Part shown: piece by piece, positions 14,507 through 27,879 of the stretch
Numbering within the stretch: position 1 is the stretch's first letter
Layout of the letters: each line of letters begins with the position of its first letter
Assembly: GCA_951406725.2 (NCBI GenBank)
Contig: OX597817.1
Coordinates: 12,276,001-12,340,000, forward strand
Direction of reading: 5' to 3'
Origin: Octopus vulgaris
Taxonomy: Eukaryota
Length of the DNA stretch: 64,000 nt
Position numbers and translations under genes: made by a program
Notes under the pieces: model-generated
Database searches by the model: none
What the model was told of the DNA's origin: nothing
Seen by the model: only the letters and a program-made list of their open reading frames with translations

Positions 14507-14586
<80 letters not shown>

Positions 14587-14589
<3 letters not shown>

Positions 14590-14752
14590 GTCATCCCATA
14601 AGTTCTGTCCGAATTTCGAATAAAGAAAACAAGTGATCAAATGTTTTATTTAACTGAAATTTAATCATCAATGTACTTTCCCTGATTATCTATGACTTCC
14701 TTCCATCTATTTACAAGCTTTTTAATCCCACCAATGTAAAACTCTTTTGTTT
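14587..14752 (-). mobile_element. Mariner transposon 3' end with TIR
   Basis: FYIGGIKKLVNRWKEVIDNQGKYIDD* is a mariner C-terminus. The TIR GGTCATCCCATAAGTTCTGTCCG lies next to (TA)n. Confidence 0.85.
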
Positions 14753-14789
14753 CAAAGTGGAGATCTCTGAAATGTCAGTTTCGACCTCC

Positions 14790-15265
14790 TCCGGTTTCCT
14801 TGGTTCCCCACCGGTCCGTCGCAGGTGAGCTGCAAGATGCAGGAGGAAAGAGTGAGAGAAAGTTGTGGCGAAAGAGTCAGCAGAAGTTCGCCATTACCTC
14901 CTGCCGGAGCCGCGTTGGAGCTTAGGTGTTTCGCTCATAAACACGCACATCGCCCGGTCTGAGATTCGAACCCGCGATCCCTCGACCGCGATTCCGCTGC
15001 TCTAACCACTAGTACCTCCACTGTGGAGGTACTAGAGTAGAAAAGAATATTTTGAACTGGTAAGGCGACGAGCTGGCAGAATCGTTAACACTCCGGGGAA
15101 AATGCTTAGTGGCATTTTGTCCATCTTCATGTTCTGAGTTCAAATTCCGTTGAAGTCGACTTTACCTTTCATCTTTTAGGAGTTGATAAAATAAGTACCA
15201 GCAGAACGCTGGGTTCGATATAATCGACTTAGTCCCTTCTCCGAAATTGCTGGCCTTGTGCCAAT
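14790..15265. mobile_element. Group C-like SINE (minus, 14790-15012) and group B SINE (plus, 15063-15265)
   Basis: Similarity to other copies in the window. Confidence 0.75.
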
Positions 15266-15315
15266 ATTTTAAATTGCTATTTTAGACTGGCAAGTTATGT
15301 TACATTAGTACATTA

Positions 15316-15703
15316 TCTCTCTATATATAAAGCTGAAGTTGTCTGTGTATGGCAGGTTTGGTAGCCTTCAACTAACACTATCTCCTCCGGTGCAAGTTGA
15401 CCAAAATTGAGAGTATGATAGAAGAAGGCTTGCTCTTCCTTCCGTAGAAGAAAAATTTCAAATCGGACCATGTTAACACCTAAAATTATTTACATCAAAA
15501 AGGTGCTTTTTTTCTATGAAAATCCCTATTTTTTACGATTTTTTTACTGCTGTGTCGCCACTTTTCGGTGTATTTCAACCAGAAAAATGTTCACTTAAAG
15601 AGAATAACAAGCTACATAATGCAAAATTTTTACTTTTCAAAAATTCCAATTCTAAAGGGTCGAAAAGAAAACAAGCCCGAGCAACGCTGGGCTATATTGC
15701 TAG
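15316..15703 (+). mobile_element. Non-autonomous Helitron
   Basis: 5' A|TC...TATATATAAA, subterminal hairpin GCCCGAGCAACGCTGGGC, 3' CTAG|T and no TSD. A second copy lies at 48297-48689. Confidence 0.85.
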
Positions 15704-16204
15704 TTTTATGATAAAGAAATGAATTCGCTGAAACAAAATGTGCCAAATCGCCAACAAAATGTTTTGCGGATACGTGTTACCTCCCTTGGACTGTGTGTGC
15801 TTTTTTTTTAGTCCATTCATTTCCGCTCAGATTATAAAGGAAGAATTAAACAAGATGAGTGAGAAGAAGGATAGAAATATCAAAATGGACCAGAAGAGAG
15901 ATTATGATTTATAAGAGAAATGGAAGGAAGATGATAAAAATAATCCGGAAATAAAGAAAACATTTACACTCACACAATTACGATAACAATCAAAGCCAGT
16001 ACTTCCTTCTAAAAGTAATACAAAACCTTCGCTGTTTTACTGCGAGTGATTGTTAGGCTGGGGCGCAAAAACGGCCAAGAACAGCCCTCACCAACATCGC
16101 TTAATAAATTCGTCGAGACGAGATGTCAACAATGACTAAAACTTTGATGTCAACGGTCTTTACACAGAGGATATTTACTCTGGGTAGGGTTAGTTAATAG
16201 TTAA

Positions 16205-16614
16205 TCTCTTTACTCTTTACTCTCTTTTACTTGTTTCAGTCATTTGACTGCGGCCATGCTGGAGAACCGCCTTTAGTCGAGCAAATCGACCCCGGGACTT
16301 ATTCTTTGTAAGCCCAGTACTTATTCTATCGGTCTCTTTTGCCGAACCGCTAAGTAACGGGGACATAAACACACCAGCATCGGTTGTCAAGAGGGACAAA
16401 CACAGACACACAAACACCCACACACACACATATATATATATACATATATACGACAGGCTTCTTTCAGTTTCCGTCTACCAAATCCACTCAAAAGACATTG
16501 GTCGGCCCGGGGCTATAGCAGAAGACACTTGCCCAAGATGCCACGCAGTGGGACTGAACCCTGAATCATGTGGTTGGTTAGCAAGCTACTTACCACACAA
16601 CCACTCCTGCGCCT
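16205..16614 (-). mobile_element. Group A tRNA-SINE, full length
   Basis: Colinear with 1880-2280. Confidence 0.9.
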
Positions 16615-17057
16615 AAATTTATAAGTAAACTTATCTTATTGTGGCAAGCAAAGCAACCTACATTTACGCGACATGACAGTACACGAAGAAATTTCGAATC
16701 GAAGGGGTTGCTTCATCAACACTTCGTTCCTCTCTACGTATATGCCGCACACGCACACATATACACACGCGTGTGCTCGCAAACTCACGTGCACACACAT
16801 ACACATTTACACACACGCACACATATACATACACACACACGCGCACAATTTGGACCTGGAGATCTCCATTTCCAGCGACTTCGAGGGCCACCTCCCAGTG
16901 GTCTCGGGCGTCAACGAAGAGCCCTCGACTACAACAAGACGACCAAAGATTTTTTTTTTATTTTCCAAGGTCTGGAGGTCTGGGGTCTCCCGCCCCTAAG
17001 CCCTAGACCATCACCTAATCACCCTTACCCGTCTTGTTGCTCAACAATAACAACAAC

Positions 17058-17144
<87 letters not shown>

Positions 17145-17224
17145 TCACTCACCCTTCAACAATCTTTAAGAGCGATGGAGAATTGGAGCTCATTCCGACT
17201 GAGAAAGCCATCACTAGTTTTAAC

Positions 17225-17385
17225 GTCCATGGAGTGGATTTCTTCTACAGACCCGTCAAGTATTCCAAATGTTCGAATCAGCATTGTGAGATATTTTCTT
17301 GTTGTAAGAGGAGAGTTCGGACTGCCATATTTTTCCAAGTCTGGCACAATATTCTCGGGTCACTCTATCTTTATTCACAGTACCT
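17225..17385 (-). mobile_element. R4/Dong-like LINE internal fragment
   Basis: GKIWQSELSSYNKKISHNA / LIRTFGILDGSVEEIHSMDVKT is homologous to the start of the element at 58760. Confidence 0.7.
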
Positions 17386-17407
17386 TTGTATATGTTTTCA
17401 TATGTAG

Positions 17408-17600
17408 ATGTGTGTGTGTGTGTATGCATGTTTGTATGTGTGTATATGTATGCATGTATGTATGTATGTATGTATGTATGTATGTATGTATGTATGTATG
17501 TATGTATGTATGTATGTATGTGTGTGTGTATGTATGTATGTATGTATGTATGTGTGTGTGTGTATGTATGTATGTGTGTGTGTATGTATGTATGTATGTA

Positions 17601-17631
<31 letters not shown>

Positions 17632-17752
17632 ATGTATGTATGTATGTATGTATGTGTGTATGTATGTATGTATGTGTATGTATGTATGAATGTGTGTATG
17701 TATGTATGTATGTATGTATGTATGTGTGTGTATGTGTGTATGTATGTATGTA

Positions 17753-17785
<33 letters not shown>

Positions 17786-18066
17786 ATGTATGTATGTGTG
17801 TGTGTGTATGTATGTATGTATGTATGTATGTATGTATGTATGTATGTGTGTGTATGTGTGTATGTATGTATGTATGTATGTATGTATGTATGTATGTGTG
17901 TGTATGTATGTATGTATGTATGTATGTGTGTGTGTGTATGTATGTATGTATGTATGTGTGTGTGTGTATGTATGTATGTATGTATGTATGTATGTGTGTG
18001 TGTGTATGTATGTATGTATGTATGTGTGTGTGTGAGTGAGTGTGTATGTATGTGTGTGTGTGTGTG

Positions 18067-18097
<31 letters not shown>

Positions 18098-18136
18098 GTG
18101 TGTATGTATGTATGTATGTATGTATGTATGTATGTA

Positions 18137-18171
<35 letters not shown>

Positions 18172-18457
18172 ATGTGTGTGTGTGTATGTATGTATGTATG
18201 TATGTATGTATGTGTGTGTGTATGTATGTATGTATGTATGTATGTATGTATGTATGTGTGTGTGTATGTATGTATGTATGTATGTATGTATGTGTGTGTG
18301 TGTATGTATGTATGTATGTATGTATGTATGTATGTATGTATGTATGTATGTGTGTGTGTATGTATGTATGTATGTATGTATGTATGTGTGTGTATGTATG
18401 TATGTATGTATGTATGTATGTTTGTATGTATGTGTGTGTGCGTGTATATATGTATAT
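17408..18457. repeat. Compound (TATG)n/(TG)n microsatellite
   Basis: Directly visible. Confidence 0.97.
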
Positions 18458-20590
18458 AGGCGTAGGAGTGGCTGTGTGGTAAGTAGCTTGCTCACGAACC
18501 ACATGGTTCCAGGTTCAGTCCCACTGCGTGGCACCTTGGGCAAGTGTCTTCTACTATAGCCTCGGGCCGACCAAAGCCTTGTGAGTGGATTTGGTAGACG
18601 GAAACTGAAAGAAGCCCGTCGTATATATATATATATATTATATTAATACTCCCTAATATGCTCCAGCATGGCCACAGTCAAATGACTGAAACAAGTAAAA
18701 GAGTATGTATGTATGTGTGTGTGTGCGTGCGTGCGCGTATACATGCATGTACGTATAACTGTATCGACCAGACTCTTGGATGTGGTTATACACCGCTGGT
18801 CACAATACGCTTCTCCGCATTGTTGCAGCTTTCAAGTGATGTTGCCTCGCTGGCTAATTTCCCTGAAAGGGACGCCAGTCTGTCACAGGGTTACCCTTCT
18901 ACAGACGAGTAGACTGAAGCAACACGAAATGAAATGTTCTGCTCAAGAACACGACGCACCGCTGGTCTGGGAATCGAAACCACGATCTTTCGATCTCGAG
19001 TGCGACACACTAACCACAAGTCACGCACTTTAGTATGTATATACACACGCACGCGCGCGCGTGTGAGTGTATTTATGCAGACGTAGCTTTACACTTAAGA
19101 AACTTACTTCCCAGCCATGTCGTTTGGGGATCGGTTCCACTGCGCGGCACCTTGGACAAATGTCTTTTACAGCAGCCCCGATCGACCAAAGGGTTTATTG
19201 TCTGTTTTAGTATTTGTGCTGTTTGAAGGCGGCGAACTGGCAGCAACGTTAGCACGCCGGGCGAAATGCGTAGCCGTATTTCGTCTGCCGTTACGTTCTG
19301 AGTTCAAATTCCACCGAGGTCGACTTTGCCTTTCATCCCTTCGGGGTCGATAAATTAAGTACCAGTTAAGCACTGGGGTCGATGTAATCGACTTAATCTC
19401 TTTGCATGTACTTGTTTGTCCCTTCTATGTTTAGCCCCTTGTGGGCAATAAAGAAATAAGTATTTGTGTTGTTTGACCCCTTTCTCTGCACACCGCTTGA
19501 CAACCAGTGGGCACTTGTTTACATTTGCGTAACTTAGCGGTTCGGCCAGAGTAGCCGATAGAATAAATACCGGACTTAAAACTAAGTACGGGGATTGACT
19601 TGCTCGGCTGTACCCCTTAAGGCGGTGCTCCAGCATGGCCATAGTCCAATGACTGAAACAAGTAAAAGATATTTGTGTGTGTGTGTGCGCCCGTGTGTGT
19701 ATGTGTGTGTTGCTGGTTGCGTAATGTAAGTAGGTCGTCCTTGGAGGTCGTTTTCGATGTCATCGGTCATGTGAGTAGTGTATGTAAGAGCAAAGTGTTT
19801 TAAGTTGCGTGTGAACTGAGAGAGTAAGCCTGTGAGCAAAAGATTATGTAATGAAAAATGTGAAGCGTGGTGTTATCTGCACTAAAAGACACGTTTTATG
19901 GGCGGAACAGGATAACAGAGCAGATTTGTGATCAAAGGTATTCCAGCCAAGTTCATATCGTCTTTTTAGAGGATGTAAAGCAGTAAACGGGTGAAGAGTT
20001 AAACATCTGTCGCTATGTTCTGAGTTCAAATTCCGCCGAGGTCGACTTTGCCTTTCATCCTTTCGGGGTCGATTAAATAAGTACCAGTTACACACTGGGT
20101 CGATATTATCGACTTAATCCGTTTGTCTGTCCTTATTTGTCTCCTCTGTGTTTAGCCCCTTGTGGGTAATAAAAAAAAAGAAAAAAAAATAGAATGCCTT
20201 TCGGTATTTATTCTGGGTGTCTGCGCTCCAACTTCTTATCCTGCTGCTGTTAACTTTATCTTTCGTCACTTTTTTTTCTTTTTCCGCCCCTTTTCAAGCC
20301 TAGCCAGGCTCGTGGGCCCAGTTTCCCGGTTTCTGTGGCGCATGTGTGTCCCCACCTGCTGGACGGGACGCCAGTCCATCGCAGCGTTGCTCAAGAAACA
20401 GGAAGAAAGAGTGAGAGAAAGTTGGGGGCGAAAGAGTACGATATGGGTCGCCACCACCCCCTCCCGGAGCCTTGTGGAGCTTTAGGTGTTTTCGCTCAAT
20501 AAACACATACAGCGCCCAGTCTGGGAATCGAAACCGCGATCCTCCGACCGCGAGTCCGCTGCCCTAACTACTCGGCCATTGCGCCTCCAC
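18458..20590. mobile_element. SINE cluster: A (18458-18703), C-like (18757-19028, minus), A interrupted by B (19076-19670, with B at 19228-19458), B (20005-20170), C (20290-20590, minus)
   Basis: Matches to the group heads and cores seen elsewhere in the window. Confidence 0.8.
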
Positions 20591-20717
20591 TTTTCGTCAC
20601 TTTGGGAATCGATAAATAGATTTCAAGTCAAATTCTCACTGCCTACTTGTCTGTGTGTCTGTCTGTGTGTCTGTCTGTGTGTCTGTCTCTGTCTCTCTGT
20701 CTGTCTCTGTCTCTCTG

Positions 20718-20771
<54 letters not shown>

Positions 20772-21264
20772 TCTCTCTCTCTCTTTCAGTCTCACTTTCG
20801 GTCTATATCTCTGTATGTCCCTCCTGAATAAGAAAAAAAAAAATCAGATATATAAGGGAGACTACTCTCTGTGTATACGACGAAGAAATTAGGAATCCGG
20901 GATTACATTAGCTAGTGTGTCCTTGTCATAAGACAATGAGATGGGATCTAAGAATGATTCGGTGCTATTTCTGAACAGAACTGTAGTCACGTTGAGTGTC
21001 CCCTTTGGACTCATTGGTATCAAAAATAGCTCAATGACTTTGGAGCGGAATATTGTGGAAGACATAAGGAAGGAATTTAACAACAAATGCGACATGGATA
21101 AAAGAATTTTAACGAGTTTATCGTATCAGAAAGCAGTGGAATATTCTGCCAATGACAAAAGCAACAGCAATGTTTCCATCGAAATTTCCAAGAACAAGCG
21201 ATTGTTGGTGTCTATATGGGAAATGAAATTACTATTATGTTATGAACTACATTAGCTTACAGTA

Positions 21265-21364
21265 CTTCATGTTTCAAGTTCTGATGAGGCTATAGAGTAA
21301 TACTTAAGTATTCAGTTATGAGTGCATTGTACCTTATAACAGAAACATCTGTAAGCTTATGAAG
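21265..21364 (+). ncRNA. Type I hammerhead ribozyme motif with a long, partly decayed stem II; tail of about 125 nt then TA/CA repeats
   Basis: AAGTT-CTGATGA-...-GAAAC-ATCT-GTA^AGCTT. Stem I is extended by CTTCAT/ATGAAG. Confidence 0.7.
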
Positions 21365-21511
21365 TTCATAGCATAAATTTCTCAATTTCTTATTACTGAT
21401 GTGTACTTGACTGACGCTTTGTTCTAAAGCATACGTATATTGAATTCTAACACTAGGTTATTAGTATAGCTATGCCTAAGCGAAATAATATATATACATA
21501 CACACACACAT

Positions 21512-21632
<121 letters not shown>

Positions 21633-21810
21633 GTACATTTGCCTCTTAAATGTGACTAACCACTAAGGGTGGATGCTACTGTAGCTTGTAGTCCCAGGAG
21701 AACATCTTCACTAGCTGGCTATTGACACACTTTCTGTGCCCTATCAGTATTTGCAAAGAGAAGCCATCCTTCCCATCGTCGACCTGACGTGATACGCAAG
21801 GACCCGGTTT

Positions 21811-21854
<44 letters not shown>

Positions 21855-21895
21855 TGTATTTTTTTTGTTTTTTTGTTTTTTCTTGTTTGGATTAA

Positions 21896-21958
<63 letters not shown>

Positions 21959-21959
21959 G

Positions 21960-22440
21960 AAATTCCTTTGGCTCCAGGTGTCAAGAAGAGATTCTCGTCT
22001 GTCTCGATCTCAGGCCCTGGATTGTGTTATCCCCAGGTGTAGCTGTCTACCACTGCATCAGTTTCTGGGTAACTTCTCCATATTGAATTTCCCTTTGTAG
22101 TGCCAATCAGAGGACCTACTTTGTAATGTTTGGAAACAGGTTTCCCTTGAGTGTCTCCCTACTGAGTCCCATTTCTTTCTCTTGATCTGGATTTCGAGAG
22201 GTTGCTGGGTCACCTGTTGCCACAAGGCTTTGTTTGTCTTGCTATCTCACCCGAAGGATTCTACGGATAACATCTATTCACAGATGTGTGGAGGTAGTCA
22301 TTGAAGAACTTTGTGATCTCTAGATGAGTTTGAGCATCTTGAAAGCCGTTGCAGCTTTGCTAAACCTATACTTTTATCTCCTATTCTATTCCACTCTCTT
22401 TACTGACAACCCTTCCTCAGATATGTGAAATGACTGAGAT
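21960..22440 (-). mobile_element. Decayed RTE-like LINE 3' region
   Basis: Interrupted frames resemble R(I)GKAATAF, VNRC.RRIL and TNKALWQQ. Confidence 0.55.
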
Positions 22441-22441
22441 G

Positions 22442-22468
<27 letters not shown>

Positions 22469-22473
<5 letters not shown>

Positions 22474-22871
22474 ATATAATTTGAGACAAAACCACTATTT
22501 TAAAACCAAACAAGGAAAGACTTAATCAATACGTAAAATTTTAATATAAATTAAATAAACCGCCACTACAATTGTTTCATGTCTGCTACCGACAATCTTC
22601 AGGTGGATTTTCGATCTTCTAATCAGTATCAAAATTTGATTAGAAGATCGAAAATCCACCTGAAGATTGTCGGTAGCAGACATGAAACAATTGTAGTGGC
22701 GGTTTATTTAATTTATATTAAAATTTTACGTATTGATTAAGTCTTTCCTTGTTTGGTTTTAAAATAGTGGTTTTGTCTCGAATTATATTATATAATATTT
22801 TACTATAAAATTGGATTTAACCCTAAATCTGATTTTTCCCTGTAATTTGGGATTCATTCCCTAATATTTAT

Positions 22872-22875
<4 letters not shown>
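22469..22875 (+). mobile_element. Fold-back hammerhead element in (TA)n
   Basis: Arms 22469-22625 and 22637-22793 are near-perfect reverse complements with an 11-nt loop. An unpaired tail at 22794-22875 is followed by (TA)n. Confidence 0.9.
22656..22699 (+). ncRNA. Minimal type I hammerhead ribozyme (mirror copy on minus at 22563-22606)
   Basis: CCAC-CTGAAGA-tTGTC(GGTAGCA)GACAt-GAAAC-AATT-GTA^GTGG, with palindromic stem III ACAATTGT. Confidence 0.85.
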
Positions 22876-22930
<55 letters not shown>

Positions 22931-23136
22931 GTTAATCCAAACAAGAAAGCACAAAAAAACACAACAACGCGAGGACGTGGAACAAATATAGTATTATTGG
23001 ACGCTCAGGAAAGAAGGAGGGTTTAACGTTTCGAGCGGAGCTCTTCGTCGGAAACATAGGAGAAGGAAAGATCCCGAGAAGGGAAGACAGAGGAAAAAAA
23101 ATCGCCAACGGTACACACGAGGTCACATTTTGAAAA
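22931..23136 (-). mobile_element. PLE pseudo-LTR-like fragment with a minimal hammerhead at 23021-23055
   Basis: Minus strand reads GTTT-CCGACGA-aGAGC(TCC)GCTC-GAAAC-GTT^AAAC, with a palindromic AACGTT stem III. The 3' end abuts (TA)n. Confidence 0.75.
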
Positions 23137-23259
23137 TATGTATATATATACACGCATACATACATGCATACATACATACATAATACATACATACATACAT
23201 AATACATACATACATACATACATACATACATACATACATACATACATACATACATACAT

Positions 23260-23582
23260 TATTATGGCTGCCCCTTCGTTATTGAGTATGGCCATTGGAC
23301 GAAGCTTAACTGTTACTGGTTCTGTGATCGAATGTGACTTTTTAGCCCAGCTAAAGATCTACAATGTCTTGTACAGAATTGGCAACTAAAACCTTTACTG
23401 GTAATAGCCGGCTGCAGTTGTAACTGGGCTTCATGTACCTCTGCATGTCGTTTAAGTCCTCTTGCCGAATTACACTCTCTTCCACATTCCCGACAGATAT
23501 GATTAGTATGGTGTGTTACACCACCACCAGTGGCCAGGTTGTCACTCATCTGTCTCGCTTTATGACTACGAAGATGACTCTT
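23260..23582 (-). mobile_element. RTE-type LINE 3' end with C2H2-like fingers
   Basis: CRECGRECNSARGLKRHAEVH...CQFCTRHCRSLAGLKSH, a short 3' UTR, and (CATA)n on both sides. Confidence 0.65.
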
Positions 23583-23781
23583 GTATGTATGACATACATA
23601 CATACATACATACATACATACATACATACATACACCCAGGCATTCTCATCTTATTCATCTTTCTTCTCATCTTTCTAGTTGTGTCCAAACCTCAGACTCA
23701 GCAGTAATTCCTACATCCAGTCCTTCTCTCCCAGAATATCAGCTCCATGGAATTCCCTCCCTGTTCATATATTTTCCGTAA

Positions 23782-23958
23782 TAGGCGTAGGAGTAGCTGT
23801 GTGGTAAGTAGCTTGCTTACGAGCCACATGGTTTCGCGTTCGGTCCCACTACTTGGCACCTTGGGCATGTGTCTTCTACTATAGCCTCGGGTCGACCAAA
23901 GCCTTATGAGTGGATTTGGTAGATGGAAACTGAAAGACGCCCGTCGTATATATGTATG

Positions 23959-24011
<53 letters not shown>

Positions 24012-24248
24012 ATGAATGTGGTATTTGTGTGTGCGTGTATGTTTGTGTGACTGTGTTTGTCCCCCACCCCCAGCATACCTTGACGACCGATGCTGTTGTG
24101 CTTACGTCCCCGTAATTAGCGGTTCGGCAAAACAGACCGATAGAATAAGTTCTAGGCTTACAAAGAATAAGTCCTGGGGACGATTTGCTCGACTAAAGGC
24201 GGTGCTCCACCATGGCCACAGTAAAATGACTGAAACAAGTAAAAGAGT
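23782..24248 (+). mobile_element. Group A tRNA-SINE
   Basis: Colinear with the other group A copies. Confidence 0.9.
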
Positions 24249-24545
24249 AAGTGTTGACTTACAAAGTTTCAAGATGAAAATGATGACAAAAAGATGCAAC
24301 AATACATTCAAATATAAGTGCCTGCATCTTGTAGCAGAAACAGCTGTAAGCCAATGAAATAATGAGGTTCATTACATTATTTCTCGTTCCTTTGTCATTT
24401 GTGTATTCTGAAGATTGCTTGGAGACTCAAGGCCTGTTGTAGAAACCTGCCTAGACTCGTGTCTCCAATGCATGAAACTATTAGCAGCTCGTATCTTTGT
24501 ATTGTGTACATTAAATGATAATCATGTGTGTGTATGTGTATACAT

Positions 24546-24566
24546 ATCATCATCATCATCATCACC

Positions 24567-24600
<34 letters not shown>

Positions 24601-24614
24601 TCACCACCACCACC

Positions 24615-24648
<34 letters not shown>

Positions 24649-24691
24649 ACACCACCACCACCACCACCACCACCACCATCATCACCACCAC

Positions 24692-24723
<32 letters not shown>

Positions 24724-24930
24724 CCATCATCATCATCACCATCATCACCACTACCACCACCATCATCATCATCACCACCACCACCACCACCACCACCACC
24801 ACCACCACCACCACCACCACCACCACTATCACCACCACCACCACCACTATCACCACCACCACCACCACCACCACCATCCACCACCACCACCACCACCATC
24901 ATCATCATCAACACCATCATCATCATCATC
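24546..24930. repeat. (CAT)n/(CAC)n compound trinucleotide repeat
   Basis: Directly visible. Confidence 0.95.
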
Positions 24931-25315
24931 ATAATATTTTTTTTTCTGTTTTTGTGTTAATTTACCTTTATTTTTCCTCACTTGACAAACCAACCAACCA
25001 ATACAAAAAAAAAAAAATGAAATTACAAAACTTTTTAATTTCTTTTTTTAATTATTTTTTTACTTCCTTGCTCTTTCCTATTCCCTCTCATCTCGTCAAA
25101 CTTATTCGCACCAACTTGCTTCAACGCCTAAACCAGTGCGAATGAAAGTTCACAGCTCTCCTATTGTCTATCTCTCGCCAGCACCTCCGGCAATAAACAA
25201 TGTCTAGATTAAAGGCTTTCACCTCGCTCATGTCCCATATATGTTGTCAAAATCACGAGCTCCACAGTTTTATTTTTGTACGTTCATTCTAATTCTCAAC
25301 CACCTCAACTAACCA

Positions 25316-25351
<36 letters not shown>

Positions 25352-25385
25352 GCTCTGTTCTCACTCCCTATACACATATATACAT

Positions 25386-25388
25386 ATG

Positions 25389-25444
<56 letters not shown>

Positions 25445-25567
25445 GTGTGTGTGTGTGTGTCTGTGTGTGTTTTTGTGTGTGTGTTTGAGTGTGTGTGTGT
25501 GTGTGTTTGTGTGTGTGTGTTTGTGTGTCTGTGTGTGTGTGTGTCTGTGTGTCTGTGTGTGTGTGTT

Positions 25568-25617
<50 letters not shown>

Positions 25618-25663
25618 TGTGTCTGTGTGTGTGTCTGTGTTTGTGTGTCTGTGTGTCTGTGTG

Positions 25664-25711
<48 letters not shown>

Positions 25712-25832
25712 TGTGTCTGTGTGTGTTTGTGTCTGTGTGTCTGTGTGTGTGTGCGTGTGTGTGTCTGTGTGTGTTTTTGTGTGTGTGTGTGTGTGTTTGA
25801 GTGTGTCTGTGTGTTTGTGTCTGTGTCTGTGT
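25386..25832. repeat. Degenerate (TG)n microsatellite
   Basis: Directly visible. Confidence 0.95.
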
Positions 25833-26154
25833 GACGTTTGTAACTATAAAAAAAATATCTTTTTATCACTGATTTATCTCGTTTACTCTTTTATCTTTAA
25901 ATCCTGTTGTTTCGTTAATCAATTGTTTATCATTTTCTTTCCTTCGTTTCCTTGTTACACTTTTCCTTCTTTTTTCTCTTAGTTTATTATTTACTCGTTT
26001 TTTGTTTTTTTTAAGTAAAGGGCCATTGGTTACTTCTCCACCCCACTCACTCTCTCCCTTCTAAATTCTTTCCTTCGGTTAAATTTCTTTTTACTTTTTT
26101 CCTTAGCTAGCAATTTTCTCTCTCATTTATTTCATCCGATCTGATTATAACTGC

Positions 26155-26269
<115 letters not shown>

Positions 26270-26350
26270 CCCATTAATAATTAAGGTTTAGCACGATGCT
26301 ACAACACACGAATTTAGAAAAGCAGTCAAAGAGATATAAATAATTAAAGA

Positions 26351-26424
<74 letters not shown>

Positions 26425-27264
26425 GTATATTGGCCTGCTCGCTTAGCCAGCGGGGTGGCGTCATTTGAAGGTTAAAATAATGCGAAGCGCATTGTGACCA
26501 GCGATGTGTAGCAACATCTGATAGCCTGGTCGGTCACAGTGATCACAGTGATATATATATATATACACATACACACCTACATACATACATAAATACACAC
26601 ACACACACATATACATCTTCCTCTCTCTCTCTCTCTCGTCGAATTTCTCTTTCTCTACTTAGTCGTTTTTGCTTTCTTCTTCTTCTTCTTCTTCTTCTTC
26701 TTCTTCTTCTTTTCCTCCTGTTTCTCCTCCTCCTCCTCCTGTTTCTCCTCCTCCTCCTCCTCCTCCCTTTACTTTTTCATTTTCATAATTATCTTCTTAC
26801 ACCTCTACCTTCACCCTCCCCCTTACTGCTCCACCACCGAATATTCTTCCTCCTCCTCCTCCTGTTCCTCCGCCCTCTGCTCTCCTTCATTTAGCAATGC
26901 CCACCTTTGTTCCAGTTGCTCTCCTCTTTTTTTTCCCCTTCATTCTTTTAAACTCCCCCACACCGTTTTCCACTTTCTCCTCATCCTCCCATTACATTCA
27001 AAATGGATTACACTAATTACATTTTTCAACCCCCCCACCCCTACTTACCTGTTCACTAACTCCATAATATTCTATTTTCCTCTTCTCTCTTCCTCTTCTC
27101 TCTCTTCCTCTTTTATCTCTTCCTCTTCTTTCTCTCTCCTACGCTCATTTATTTCCCTCTTCTAACACCCATAGTCTTCTCTTAACTCGTCGTCTCGACT
27201 CATTCGCCTGGATTAAACTTACGTGGTGGCCTAAACAAACAACAAACACCCTCATCATATTTGC

Positions 27265-27345
<81 letters not shown>

Positions 27346-27879
27346 CGCCAGTCTGTCAGTCTCTCTCTTTCTGTCTATCTGTCTGTCTGTCTGTCTCTCT
27401 CTGTCTCTGTCTCTCTCTATTTCTCTCTCTCCCCCTCTCTCTATTTCTCTCTCTCCCCCCTCTCTCTAAGCAATGAGCACAAGAAGATAACACATATACA
27501 CATATACACATATACTCATATACACGCACGTATACCTACCTACCTACAATCCTACCTACAATCCTACACACATACATTTTGTCCGTGAATAATTACCGAA
27601 GACCGTAACTCCGGCCTCGTGTCTGATTGGATTCTGCATGTGCATGACCTATGCCATGCTTTAAAGAACATTAATGAACTATGGAGCATGGACCACATTT
27701 CAGTTATCTTTCCCTCTTCCTTCTTCCCCACTTCTCCTTCTTTTATATATAGATATACATAATATCTACTTGGAAACACAACGCCATTATACGTCGATGT
27801 TGAATATACTATTTTGCTATTTATGTATTCATATCTACCCGTGTTTACGAAAGGATTAATAAGTTCTTGAAACTCATCG

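Larger units (their letters stand above)
9898..14509. mobile_element. 4.6-kb palindromic non-coding element with terminal hammerhead motifs, a microsatellite-like body and an unpaired 3' tail
   Basis: Left arm 9898 to about 12150 is the reverse complement of about 12231-14443. An extra tail occupies 14444-14509, and (TA)n flanks both sides. Confidence 0.85.

Noticed and set aside
17156-17347. EF-hand-like DVKTSDGFLSRNEL
   Set aside because: The loop spacing is wrong, and the upstream part is R4/Dong LINE sequence homologous to 58760-58860.
17034-18559. Long YVCM/HTYI ORFs (also 44362-45809, 25309-25982, 56130-56720)
   Set aside because: These are stop-free translations of microsatellites.
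20941-21255. 104-aa ORF upstream of a hammerhead as an element-encoded protein
   Set aside because: No recognisable motif, and its length is compatible with chance.
23313-23627. Host C2H2 zinc-finger gene
   Set aside because: No splice signals were found. It has a short tail and sits between (CATA)n tracts, which fits an RTE C-terminus.
24278-24352. Hammerhead-like ATGATGA..AAGATGCA/TGCATCTT..GAAACAGCTGTA (a similar remnant lies near 43245-43295)
   Set aside because: Probably decayed relics, but the core C and stem I are missing, so they were not called.
24395-25145. Poly-His, poly-Pro/Ser and poly-Gly/Asp ORFs
   Set aside because: A pure CAT/CAC repeat with no splice context or complex coding sequence.
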